Below are positions 37,444 through 50,902 of a stretch of 64,000 nucleotides of DNA, in pieces. Below the pieces are notes generated by a model that saw only the letters and a program-made list of their open reading frames with translations, searched no databases and had not been told where the DNA came from. The DNA lies in the NCBI RefSeq assembly GCF_009914755.1, contig NC_060934.1. The stretch is one strand, 5' to 3'. The translations under genes were made by a program, and so were the position numbers. Numbering within the stretch: the first letter of the stretch is position 1; every line of letters begins with the position of its first letter. The DNA is from the human T2T-CHM13v2.0 reference genome, Homo sapiens.

Positions 37444-38771
37444 GACAATGCTTTCAGGGGACTTTATCCAAAAGACTGCAACAATGTAAAGAGATACGAT
37501 TGCTTTTATTACTGTGATATGTTTAAAGTATTATAAATTTTTTAAGAGCTTTGTAAGTGACAGAAGTGAAGACATGCTCATTTTAATGTTACCAGTCAAC
37601 TCTGAGAAGACTAAAGGTCAAGGGACAATGAAAATGTGACCCTTACCAACGACAGAAACTCCCAGGAAGCCACAATTAACTCAAGACCACCAGGATATTT
37701 GGGGAAGTTTATCCTTCTGGAAACCAGAATTTCTGATTTGTGGAAAATTCTATAGATATTCTCTGCCAGACTCCAGCCTATTTGGTAAGCTGGCCACAGA
37801 TGATTTAGAACACAATGACCCTGATACTCACTAGAGCTCTGAGTGTGGCTGGATAAGCCCATTTCAGCAGCATGTCAGCCCCTCCCTGAACTAGGCTCTG
37901 TCACTCAGATCTCAGATCTTAGGGCAGCTGTAGTCTGCCCCTTGCTTTCTTATTACCCCAGATAACCAATGTTATCCTCTGTTTTTCCTTCCTCCCAGGG
38001 GGAAAACAATTCAGAACCCTAGTCTGAGTATATGAATTAGACTCTGCAAATTGTTTATATGAGTCATTCTCAAAACTAGGTCTGGAGGGTCCCCAAGAGA
38101 TCCACAAATTTCTTGCAATATTCATGTAACAATGTTCATCTCTTTAGATCTATTACCATTGAGTAACCCATTGATATTTAACAACAAAACAACAGCAAAC
38201 ACCATCCTGATAGCTTTAAAAGCAACCCTGTTCTTCTAATTGTTTCTAGTGCATGCTTTTTGAAGCTAAACTAGTAGACTGGATTGTCCTCAAGTAGACT
38301 GGCTCACCAAAGGTGTCCACAACAAGAACATTTCAAGTTCAGATTGGACAGGAATATTTATGAGGGTTTGACCAGTGCTAGACTTGCCAGACAATGTGCC
38401 TGAATAGTCTCCCTGAACTTCTCTCTTAAACACAAACAAGATCCTATGCTGGCTTTCTGGCCACACCTGTGCCAGCCACAAATGGGCTAAAACACGTGAA
38501 ATGTGCTGTCCGCGTGCAGGGTTCAAATCAGATAACAAAATACACATTGACGGTTCTCTATAGAATGAAAAATATCCTACTTTCATTGCATGCTGGTGTT
38601 GGGTCAGAAAACAACAGTTTCTTATTTCTCCTGGTTAGTGGTCCTTTGGAAATCACAGAGGAAATACATGCAGAGAGTTAAGAGGACTACTTCACATCTG
38701 TTGTCCCGTGATGCTACTTAACTGAACACTACACTCATGTGCCCATTCCCGTTCCCTTTCCCCTTTATGGT

Positions 38772-38963
38772 AAATGTTGTCCCATATGACTTTGTGATTG
38801 ATGGAAATGTTCTCTATCTGTGCTGCCCAATATGGTAGCCACTAACCACACATGGCTATTGAGTACTCAAAAGGTGGCTAATGCAAAGAGAAACTGAACC
38901 TGTAATTTCATTTAAACTTAAACAACCACTCGTGTCTAGTGGCTACCATATAAAACAGTGAAC
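38772..38963. mobile_element. MER3 (hAT-Charlie)
   Basis: gatggaaatgttctctatctgtgctgcccaatatggtagccactaaccacacatggctattgag. Confidence 0.85.
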
Positions 38964-38995
38964 TAAGTCTAAAATTTAGGATCTTGCAGTACAGG

Positions 38996-39035
38996 GTGTG
39001 TGTGTGTGTGTGTGTGTGTGTTTGTGTGTGTGTGT
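38996..39035. repeat. (GT)n microsatellite, one interruption
   Basis: Direct reading. Confidence 0.95.
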
Positions 39036-39799
39036 TAACAAAACAAACACTGCTCCTTCTGTAGTGAGCACTGGCCTATGGCCAGGGTCTAAGGAATATG
39101 CAAAAGAAAGTGACTGGAAGTTTTAAGCTTTTAAGGTTTTATCAAAAGACATTTCTTACCACTCCCTCTGGGCAGTACTGTAGAACATCTACTAGGGAGA
39201 GGATGATATGAAGATAGAGAAGCAACAAAAGTACAGACACATTAGAGGCAAAATATAGATGCCACCTTGTAAACTGGTTGATAATTCAGAAAATGACAGC
39301 TCTCCCCGACTTAGTTGGAAAGGCAAAGGCCAAATGGGAAACATCAGTCTCTTCACGTCCATGGAAGACAATCCCCTGAATGCAAAATTAGAACTTGGTG
39401 GCTATTTCCTGATCCAGCCCCTTGTATTTTTCATGAAGCTTAAAGGAGATTAATGGGACAATCAGGATATTACAGATGAGAAGCACAGGCATTTCAAATG
39501 AGGCTGTGACAAATGGCTGGGAGGCCTTTAGAATGGGGGAAGAGAGGATGTGGAACAAGCCCTGGACTGGGAAGCTCCTCACTATGATTCACACCCTGGT
39601 CCTGCTAATGACCACCTGGCCAGGAGACCCTGGAGAGGCATCCAACCCTTCCCTGAGAGCCACTGGACAGAGGAATAGGAGCCCCATCACTGAGTGGTTG
39701 TAGGGCTCAAGAAGGATCATATTGGCAGCAAGAACTCCAGAAACTATAAAGCTCTATTTAGATGAATCACATTATTATTAAACAGTTCAATCAACATAA

Positions 39800-40105
39800 T
39801 AATTATTAATAATAGCTAAGATTTATTCAGTGTCTGCTATTGCCAGACAATATATATGCAAAGTCTCTAGGGCTTACAGCAACCCTATAAGATATGTCTA
39901 TCTATCCACATCATTCGTGCTTACTAGATGCTGTTACAAGTGTTTTCCATATATATGAAGGTATATATAATATATACATATATAATGCATAAAATTTGTA
40001 AATGAGTTAAATGAGGATTAATCCTTACAACAACCTATAATGTGGACATTACTTGTATCAATATTTTACAGATGAAACAATTGAGGCCAAAGAGATAAAG
40101 TGACA
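39800..40105 (-). mobile_element. MIR fragments with AT-rich insert
   Basis: ttaatccttacaacaaccctat...ttttacagatgaaacaattgaggc. Confidence 0.65.
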
Positions 40106-40240
40106 GCCACCATCATCCCAACTAAGTTGGAAGGCCAAATGACAAAAGGAAACATAAGAACGCAATTACCTGAATGATAGATTAGAACTCAGGGATTATT
40201 TCTTGATCCAGGCTTAGTCAATGGAAGAGCTGGGACATGA

Positions 40241-40631
<391 letters not shown>

Positions 40632-41318
40632 AAAGTGACAGGGTAAGGATTTGAAACTCAGGCCTGCCTGCCTGTCTCCAACCACTCAGTCTTTTCTTCA
40701 GCCACCCTGCGTCCGTTACAATTCACACACTCTTTGTCACCACTGGCTAATGGCTTTGGATATTTCTTCCTCTTATCAGTGTGAGACATCTGGGGAGGCT
40801 CCCCTTTTTTTCACCATTTGAGGACTGAAAGTAAATTTAGCTTCCTCAGCAGAAAGAAAAGAAGCTGTTTTGGAGGTTGGGAAGAGCTTTAGAAAATGCG
40901 GCATCACGTCTGTTGCCCCATTTGAAGAAAGCAGCTCTGGAAAAGGCCTAGGACATTAGTTGCTACAAAGTTCTAGATCATTCTGTGTGGTAAGTATGCC
41001 ATCATGCCCATAGCACTCTTCTCTGTCCACAAAATTCGTCATATACTAATAAAGAATGGGTGTCTTTGGACAAAGTCAAAGCAAGTTTGTCCAGAGTACT
41101 AACTAAGAAGAGACTACAGAGGGAAGCAAAAGGTAGTTCAGTGGCTGAATTATCCAAGGAAAGGCCTAGAATTTGAGTTGTCATAGACTGAGCATCAAAG
41201 ATTATGTCTTGGAGCTATATAGAACCTTTACTGCCCAAAAAAGAGAGACTATGGAAACTTCAGTGCTCTGGTAAACATTTCTTTGATGCCTTACCAAAAC
41301 ACATGCCTTCTGAGCATT

Positions 41319-41674
41319 TGATATGGTTTGGCTCTGTGTCCCCACCCAAATCTCATCTTGAATTGTATTCCCATAATTCCCACGTATTGTGGGAGGGATT
41401 CCGTGGGAGATAATTTGAATCACGGGGTGGTTTCCCCCATACTGTTCTCGTGGTAGCGAATAAATCTCATGAGATCTGATGGTTTTATCAGGGGTTTCCA
41501 CTTTTGCATCCTCCTCATTTTTATCTTGCTGCTGTCAGGTAAAGAAGTGCCTTTCACCTCCCACTGTGATTCTGAGGCCTCCCCAGCCATGTGGAACTGT
41601 AAGTCCAATTTAACCTCTTTTTCTTCACAGTCTCAGGTATGTCTTTATCAGCAGTGTGAAAACGGACTAATATA
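41319..41674 (+). mobile_element. THE1A solo LTR
   Basis: tgatatggtttggctctgtgtccccacccaaatctcatcttgaattgta...aaaacggactaatata; TSD gcatt/gcatc. Confidence 0.93.
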
Positions 41675-41699
41675 GCATCCGTTGTCCACTTCCTCCTTC

Positions 41700-42181
41700 C
41701 ATCAGTCTGCAAAATTCCATTTGGGGATCCATGTGGCTTCAGGGAAATCAACTTTATCAATGTTCTCTGTTCCGTGGCAGCAGTGATGGGTTCAGGGATG
41801 GGCATGTGACCTAAGCCAGTCCAATCAGAGTGACTCTCAGGTCTTGCTGAAAGTGCCTGGAAACGATGCCATTTCCTTCCTGTTGGGCATGATGAAGGAA
41901 GCATCTAGCCCCAGGAGCTCCTTCAGTCATATTAGGGCCTAAAAGGTGCCAGCCTTTGATAAAGACACCAAAGGATATGAAAGATAGCATAAGACAGAAC
42001 GGAGAGATGGAAAGAAGCCAGATCCTTGGTGATATTGTTGAGCCAACAGATCAAGTTTGGCCTTAAGTCAGCCCTAATTCTGTGCTTTTCAATTAGATAA
42101 GACAATACATGCCCTTTATTATTTAAGCCTATTTGTGTTAGGAGTTCTAGTCTTTGCAAATGAAAGCACCTAACTAATACT
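41700..42181 (+). mobile_element. MLT1K-like LTR
   Basis: ttcagggatgggcatgtgacctaagcc...ccaatcagagtga...cctaactaatac. Confidence 0.75.
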
Positions 42182-42319
42182 AATGTAGATCTCTGTGGCC
42201 ATCCTTCTGGTAAAAGGAGAAGGCAGAGTCAAGGGTGACATTACATTTCCTGAAACTGGCAGCTCCATCTCATAGAAAACTCACGCATTACTCAGTGAAA
42301 AAACGACCCCCTGTACACA

Positions 42320-42670
42320 ATATCCACGTGGGAAACTCCTACTCACTCATCAAGACCCATCTCTAATGTCCCTTCTGTCTCCTAGACTACATTTACGTAA
42401 AATTAATCACTTCCTTCTGTTTTACTTCCATAGAGGCATATTACTCATTCTTTTATGTAACTATAAACACAGAGCAATTACATACAGCTCAAGGGCAGAG
42501 AATGTCTTATTCATCCCTAAATGCATCAAACCCAGCACAAGCACATAGATGCTGGATTCTCCAGGTTGCATGGCCTTTAACAAGTTCTCTACCATTCTGA
42601 CCCTGTTTTCTCTCCTGTAAAATAGGGCTAATTGTATATGTCAGAGGATTGTTGTGAAAAATATCAATAA
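42320..42670 (+). mobile_element. L2 fragment followed by MIR fragment
   Basis: aactcctactcactcatcaagaccc; cccagcacaagcacatag; ctgttttctctcctgtaaaataggg. Confidence 0.55.
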
Positions 42671-43049
42671 CGGAAGCTACAGGAATTTCACTAAAATGTG
42701 TTTAATTATAGTAAAATTAAATTGATACATAATTTTGTAAATCTTCAATAGTCTTTAGCTCAATATTGATAGCCAAAAATTAAGCCTGGAGGATAGAAAT
42801 AACTTCTTAACTCTACAGTTGGAAAAGTGTGGGCATAGAACTTGTCTTTGCCTTCTAGATCAGGTCTGTGTTGGTAAATTAGACACCGTGTGGCCTTTCA
42901 ACATCCAGGAGCAAGATGGCAGGAGAATCATGCCAACAACTGAGGTACCTTGCAGGAAATCAAACAGGAAGAAATCACCCAATGGGATCAGCTGGGCAAA
43001 CATGGGTCACCCCAGGTCTGGTCCCTCAAATCTACCCAACCAAACCATA

Positions 43050-43659
43050 TCATAGTGGATAGCTATTATCTTTACCTGACTAGCATTCATTGCCCCTTCT
43101 GGTATGCCCTATTCCCCACTCTCAATCCCTCTGTTTTAAGAATGCGCCCACCTCCACCTTCCATCTCCAGGAGTGATATCCACCCAGGTTTGCTCAGTAA
43201 GACTATGAGACCTATCTTCCTGGCTGTGGTGATTGGTTCAGAAGCAACATGCCAACCAACCTGATCCAATGAGAGTGAGTTCTAGGACTTTTGCTGGAAC
43301 TACTGTATGTCTATATATAAAAGAGAATCTATCTTTCTATTGAAAGCCAAAGGTAAGAAGCCAATATGATATGCATTTGATTCTGTTACGGAAATCCACA
43401 TAAAAGAAGGCTGCCCAAGTATAAAACCAACACAGAAGAAAGCAGAGGTAAGAGATGGAAAAAGAAATGAGTGAACCAGTGACAGCAAGAGACTGAAGAA
43501 CATCATTTGATTGCCTGGAATCAGCTAAGCCTGAAGAGAAGCCTAACCCTAAGCTTTTCAGTTACCCAAGCCATCAAATTCCCATCCCCATTTTTTTGGT
43601 TCTTAAGCAGCTTGAACCATAGTTGTCTCACTTGCATGCAAGAGATCCCTGAAGATACA
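43050..43659 (+). mobile_element. MLT1K/L-like LTR
   Basis: gtgattggttcag...ccaatgagagtgagttctaggacttttgctgga...tcacttgc...ccctgaagataca. Confidence 0.75.
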
Positions 43660-46109
43660 TGCAGTTCCTCAGGTGAAGATTGCCATCAGTTAACAGATCC
43701 TGGCACCCATGGACCCTGGGACAGTCATTCTGGTAGCATCCTCTGGTAGAGAATAACATAGTCAAATCTGACAGTCAGAGAGTATCTGCCAGCCTCTGCT
43801 TAGATATAGCCCACTGAAAGGGAGAGATGATTAATTTAGCCTTGATTTCAAAACCTTGTCTTGTATATTCCATTCAGCACTTTTTATCTTCCTGTATTCC
43901 CCTGGTTCCTCTCTAGCTGAATAAAGAACAATTTTTAAAGCAAACATCTTCACTGTGTATCTAGCAAAGCTTTCTGCTTCATTGGAATATGTGATTTATT
44001 TAAAAAATTAAATTTCCCATGAGACGCAATAATTTAAATTAAGAGAAAAGCTTGTCTTTCTTAAACTTCAGTTTCTACATACAAATTGATGTTTTATAGA
44101 TTCCAGAAACTTTCACTGTTATGAAGATGGCTCTCAGTTTTCCTGCTGGATTCAGATTCTCTTCATGACTTAAAACAACATGAGGAGGATGAGTCACAAC
44201 TGTAAGCTGGTGAAATGCAGAAAGAACCACCTAGGAATTCAAATGTCAGCTTAAGAAAGACAGAATGGCTTAAAAATCAAAGATGAGATGAAGTGGACTG
44301 GGGGTCTCGGGAACACCAAGTCACAAAATCAGCTTACAGTCAGAGGGAACTTGCAAATGATCTGATTCAAGATACAAAGAAAGGTTTTAGTTCTTGAGGA
44401 CTTTTTCCAGATAAATATTTGAGCCAAAGCACAATATAAGAAAAAGATGCAAGTGGAACAGCTCCTTCAAGCAGTGGGGGATGTTAAGGAAAAGCAGGGA
44501 AAATCAGCTGAGAATCCTCCGTCCCACCCCCAAGACTCCTGCAACCTAGCTGAGAGCCACAGAACTGGTCCTCTCTCTCCGGCTGTTCTCCAACATCCCA
44601 GAGCCTTAGGTGGGGCTACACTAAGAGGAAGTCCTCCAAGGAAACTCTCAGGATTAGACCAGTCTTTTTCTGCTAGTGGTCTTTGATAAGCCTACATGGT
44701 AAAGAGTGGGATTCACTGACTTATCTGTAGTAGATATTATTAAATATGTCTCAAAGCATCTCCCCCACCTTCTCACACCCACCCATTAGAACAGGATGTT
44801 ATCTACAGGCTGATACCTCCCCACTCCCTCCACCTCCCTTCTAATACATGGCACCAAGACACTGCCTAGGACCTAACAAGTGATTGGCCCCTCCTTCTCC
44901 AAGACATTCCCCTCTTCCTTTTTCTCTTTTAAGCCCAGAGGGCCTGACCCTCTAACGCCTGTCCCAGACCACTCTCTCCCTCCAGGAGCCTGCCAAGTTG
45001 AACACAAAGTCCTACCACCCCTGCCCTCAACACAGACTTCTCCAAAACAAGTCCACAAACACCATTCAGGATGATTCCTGCTAAGACCCACAGGGTGGGA
45101 GTGATAAAATTTCCAGTAACATCTACCATGATATTACTTACAATCCTAAAAGAGGAAATGTTCTGTATTACATAAAACATGTCCAAGGTCCTCCTACAAG
45201 TACGAGTGAATCCGTGCCTGGTTCTTCTTTGTCTTCGGATCCTGCCACCTCATCCCTGTCGTCATCTGTCTAAGTTTTGCTTTAGAAGCCACCCTCGGTC
45301 AAACCTTCACTCTCTTACACAATGAGCTGGGCATCCTCAGTTTCCCCTTCATGCTAAAAGTAAGCCCCATGTTTTGTGCATGTGCCCACACCATTTCCTC
45401 AAGTTCTTGCTCCTAAAGGTAACAGGGCCTGGGTAAGGCACTTCCTGCAGAGATCAAAGGAGACTCGTTCACACCCAGGAGGAGGAATATTCTTCCTGTT
45501 CTACCCCATTTAACCCTGTCCCCTCAACCCAGAGGTGTCCTCACTGTCCAGCAAGTGCTTCAGGCCTGCAGTTCTGCTGTTACCCTATTTTGAATCTCAT
45601 AGGTGTGGAAGCATGTGTTGGCGGGGAGGGGCAGGAAGGTTTGTCCGCCAGGAAGAAGAAACGAGTGTGTCGGTATGTGTGTGTGAGCGCCGCAATGACA
45701 GTGCTGCCACCGCTGCTGCTGCATGTGCTGGGTCTTTGAATGTGGCATCTGTCGGGCTCAGTGAGGATGACAGATGTCTCTCTGCTTTATGAACAAACAA
45801 CACAGGCCTGTGGGGTGACAAAAACAGCCTCAGCCCAACCAGAGCGGAGAGGTGCAGTTCTCTGGGAATAATCAGAAGACAGCAGCGTAGGAGTCCAGAG
45901 TCTACCACACACCTGCTCCCCTAAAAAAGCATGTTCTCATTATGAAACCTTAGAAGGCAGCTCCCACGCCAGGGACAAGTATAAGGGAGCCTGTGTGGCC
46001 TCATTCATTACCAGATGAACCACTCATTCAGGGAAGTCTTGAGGCATGTCCAGGAAATGGTGCCCCAAAGACCCAGTTAACCCACAGGGTGAGTGCCCAC
46101 GGAGATGGG

Positions 46110-46290
46110 AGCTCTGGGGGTGACACTGTTGAGCCAGTGGATCAAGCTTCACCCTGAGTCAACCCTAATTCTGTGTTTTTCAAATAAATAAGCCAATCAA
46201 TTTTCCTGTTCATTTCTGTATCCCCAGCACCTAGAACAGTGCCTGGCACACAGTAGGTGCCCAGTGGACATTCGCTGAAAGAACAAACGA
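46110..46290 (+). mobile_element. MLT1K-like fragment joined to L2 3' end
   Basis: gacactgttgagccagtggatcaagc; ccccagcacctagaacagtgcctggcacacagtaggtgc. Confidence 0.65.
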
Positions 46291-47384
46291 ATGCCAAGGC
46301 AGAAAATGGGGGTGAGAGGCAAAGATGTATAAAAAAAGAACTAAGCAGAGCAAAGCGATAAGAAGAATATTAATAATATGAACCACAAAGACAGGAAAGT
46401 CATCTGATTTCAATACACAAGAGTATAAACTCATTATGGATGCTGAATTACACTAGTGATAGTTTAAATATTTCTTGGAACTGAATATGCACATAAGAAG
46501 AGCCCATCCCAGGCTTGAATGAGTGCACATTCTTGTCTTGGAGAAAAGGAAGAAAAATATATAAAGCAATAGGTACAATACAATGCAACAGATGTTCTAG
46601 AACAAAGGCCTGGAGCTATGATTCCAGGGCAGCCTGCAAAGATCTCCCAGTGGAGCTGATGATTAGCAGGCCTTGAAGCAAGGATGGAAGCCTGGCAAGA
46701 GGCAGGTCAGTCATCACAGGCAGGGATGACAGCTTCCAAGAACTATGTCGTCTGTGAGCCCAGGGGCCAGAGAGCTGCTGGGTTTCCCAGTCTTTCCAGG
46801 CTATGGCCAAACTGATGAAGCCATCCTTGTTTCAGTCTCTGATTCCTTCAGAGAAGAAGAAAGAGTTGAGTTTAGCAGAGTCTCACTCTGCCTGGACGCC
46901 TGCTGTACCAGGAGAGCACTCCCTCCACATGCCACTCTAAACAGAAATACTCCCCGGAGCACCTGGGACGACCGGCATCCTCTGCACTTCCAAGGCCTTC
47001 ACTCTTCCCAGTTTTGCTTACTTCTTCTCATCTTCCCATTCACTTCCCAGATGTGTTTCTCGGGTCTCCAAAGGGAAACTCAGGGGAGAAACTGAGTCAA
47101 GCTACTTTAAATCTCCTTTCCTACCTGGCCCTTTCCACAGCACTCAGCCCAGAAGAGGTGCTCTGGGTGAAACAAAGCAGCAGTCGGAATCTCTGCAGGC
47201 CACAGGGAGGGAGGGACGGGTAGAATCAAGGAGTGGGGCACTAGCACGGAGGCCTGAGCCTCCTCACTGCCAGGATGAGGGAGCCGCAATGATCTGGGGT
47301 ACTGGCAGCTCTGGGAGCCTCTGAATAGTGACCCTGGGGCTCTCAGAAGTACTAGGTCAAGGTGTCCCGGTGGGCACAGCTGGG

Positions 47385-47600
47385 CTTAGTCATCAAGACA
47401 TGGGTACAAACCTCAGCTCAGTCACCATCCAGCTGTTTGAGTCTGAAAGTTACTTAATCTCTCTAAGCACAGATGTTCTCATCTATGAAAGGACTATAAT
47501 GCTTGTCTTGCGGGGATGTTGTTAGAATTACATGTGATGAGGTCTAAATTGCTCCTAGTACAGAATAGGCAATTGGTAACTCTTAACTACTATTAGTGTA
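47385..47600 (+). mobile_element. MIR
   Basis: aagttacttaatctctctaagc...ctcatctatgaaagg. Confidence 0.65.
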
Positions 47601-48700
47601 GTATTATCATGATCGTCATCGTCATCATCATCATCATTGGGGCAGACAAATCTCAGACCAGGCCTGAGAATTCCCAACTCTGAATTCAGAGCCTTTTGCT
47701 CCAGCAACAGAAATGAGAAGGTAAGGCCTAAAGTAGAACAGGACTAGAGGAGGCCCTGAACAGTGCTGGGCGCCCAAACAGGGACTTCCTCCCAGGAGGC
47801 CTCTGTGCCACTGGCCTGGGGTCTCATCATCACCGCCAGCAACAGGGTGACTGGCTGCCCCCTGGATTTTCTGCAAGCAAAGAACAGGAGGGCAGAGCAG
47901 AAAAGCCCGGGAACTAATGAGATTCAGAGAGCTCGAAAATTAGAGGTGCACGAAAGGAGTTTCCGCCTAATTGCTCTGACACCTCCCACTCCCACTGCCG
48001 AGTCACTGCAAGGAGCAGGCGAGTGCAGGAGCAAGAGGGGATCCATAGGTCTGCTGGTCCAGGTCACTGCTCTCTCCAGGAGCACTGGCTCCAGTTGGGA
48101 GTGGCCCAGGGCCTTTCTGCGGCCTGGCAGGACAGGGTGGCCACTGCCCGTGGCTGGCCCAGAAGAGTCCACCTTGTGGGTCAAGAGCTGCCCAGGCTGA
48201 TATGTGCCTTAAAAAGCGGGAACGAAAGCAAGGCAGCACACAGCAAGCCCAGGCACCTCCTCAGCCTTGCAAATGGGAGCTGGTGATATGGGCTCAGGAA
48301 CTGCCATTTCTGACCCAGCCCAGACAAATGTGGCCCAATTCTCTGTTCCCTTGGAGCTGAGCCCATTTGTAGCCATGCCAGGCCCAGGGTCTCCCTCAGT
48401 GGCTGCTGGCAGTTGATAGCAGCTGTCCTTAGAGCCTCAGCTGCCTCTCCTGCGCTGTGTCCTCCCTAAGGGGCTTCCAGATCGGTTGTCTCACGCGAGG
48501 CTCCCAGCAGGCTGGAGGAGGGCAGGCTGGCAAGGCAGCCACACTGCCCCTGCATCACAGAGGAGAGGAGGGTGGCCCACTGACAGGCCAGAGGCAAACT
48601 GAGACCCTTCCGATCCATTGTCCCTTCCCTGCACCCCCAAGAACAATGACTTAGCCCCAGGACACATCCTTAAGAAGAGGGCATCCCTAAATACCACCAG

Positions 48701-48752
48701 CCCCCACCCCCTATCCCCCCCCACCCCCCCCACCCCACACACACACACACAC
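48701..48752. repeat. C-rich tract (runs of 5,5,8,8,4 C) plus (AC)8
   Basis: Direct reading. Confidence 0.9.
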
Positions 48753-48764
48753 GATGCTGGGATA

Positions 48765-48975
48765 GGCTGTGAGACAATATGGAAACAGCCAGAAAGATTT
48801 GCATTCAAATCCAGGTTGTGTCACTTCCTGCCCATATGTCTTTGGGTGCTTTATGTAACCCCTCTGAGCCTCAACTGCTCCATCCATAAAGCGGAGCATG
48901 ACTGGGAGGGATAAATGGAATGGCAAGAGGAAAACACAGTGCCCAGAGGACAGCAGGCTTTCAATAAATGTGAAA
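48765..48975 (+). mobile_element. MIR
   Basis: ttcaaatccagg...taacccctctgagcctca...ctccatccataaa. Confidence 0.6.
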
Positions 48976-49904
48976 TGCTCTCAGCATGGCCCTGCCTGAC
49001 GTCCTGCCTCAGACCCCGCCGTCCAGCTCACAGGACAAGCCACAGCCTTGTAGGACACTAGAATTGCTGCCAGTCTGCCTTCAGTTCCCTTTCTTGTTTA
49101 GGAGTCTCCCCTGGACTATCAGCTTATAAGAAGACATGTATCCATCACAAGGGCCTCTGATAAATCTCTTCACGGACCGCTTGCTTATATCAAGAGGCAG
49201 AACATTTAGAAAAGACATAGTGCCTGCTGCTGTCTGGGCCAAGCCATCCCACAAGCAGGCTGAAGTGTGAGAGAGGCAGATACATTCCCTTTCAAAATGT
49301 CTATGGTCCCCTGGTCCATGATATAATAGGAGAGATGCACAGCTGGCTTAGCTTGCGCCGTCTCCCAATGCGGACAGGCACCTGGGAGAGCCAAGATCGT
49401 TAGCCCTCCAGGCAAACCATTCAAGTCCTCGTGCTGTCAAGGTGACTTACAATATTGAGAGTAGTTTGAGATTGTTAAGAATTATTATTATTTTTTTTTT
49501 TCTGAAAAATACACAGTGAGTTTCTCAACTCCAGTTTACTCCAGCTAACACCACAGCTTTACTGTTCCTCTTCCAATCAATAGTGGAATGAAATGATCCA
49601 GTTGGAATTCCAGTTCAGGCCACAGAGCTGACATCTTCTGGATTCCCACTCCTGGGGATTCTCAGACCCAAAGGCAAAATGGGCCCTGGTCATGGGAAAG
49701 TCCATGGCTTTAGATGGGCAGAATCTGCAGCCACTGAGGCTGCAGCACACAGCAGGGACCAAAGCCAGGAACAGCCAAGGACACTCAATGCCACTCCTGC
49801 CTTATGCCAGCCCTCAGGGTGAGTGCATAAGCTCTTCCCATAAAAATGGCATTTGCACCCTTAGTAACCTTTTATTCAATTCAACTTCATCTAGTCCTAG
49901 TAAA

Positions 49905-50434
49905 TAGAATTACATTACTTCCTTGCTTAAAACACTTCCATGGTGCCTATGCAAAAATGTAAAATACTTTCTCTGGCACACAAAGCCCACATGCTCTTGC
50001 CCTCCTCTCCAGCCTCCTTCATGCCAGTCACTGGCTTGGCCATCCAATTCAGACTCCCTGGCTTCACTTCTCCTTCCTTGACTGTGCGTAGCTCTTTCTT
50101 GCTTTGTAGTGAGACATACACTCCTCCCCGTCTTTGTCCAGTTAATTCCTGCTCCCTTTTCTGGTCTCAGCTCAAATGTTGCCTCCTCAAGAAAAACTCC
50201 CCTGACTGCTTCCCAGTACAATTTATTCCCACTCCTGCCCCCTTCTCTCCTATAGTTCCCTGTTCTTTTTAAAATGGACTTGTCAATATGCATGACGATA
50301 TGTTTTTGTGTTTATTGTCCTCGCTCTCTGACCATGTAAACTCTATGAAGCCAGAGAGAATATCTTATTCTCTCGACCAGTTTGCACAATGCCTGACACC
50401 TAGCAGATCCTCAACAACCTTTGTTGAATAAATG
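49905..50434 (+). mobile_element. L2 3' region (about 530 bp)
   Basis: tgcttaaaacacttccatgg...tctcagctcaaatgttgcctcctc...caatgcctgacacctagcag...tttgttgaataaatg. Confidence 0.8.
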
Positions 50435-50502
50435 TGTCCATTTATTCAGTTCTCCAATGTCTGACTTCATTCAATCACTTATAATTAAAATGCCAATTTT
50501 TA

Positions 50503-50902
<400 letters not shown>

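Noticed and set aside
38501-38521. Second RE1-like site (minus strand CCTGCACGCGGACAGCAC)
   Set aside because: Right half is good, but the left half is mismatched and the spacing is 1 nt short
41578-41590. PRDM9 hotspot motif in THE1A
   Set aside because: Reads CCTCCCCAGCCAT, the non-hotspot form; it lacks T7 and C13 of CCNCCNTNNCCNC
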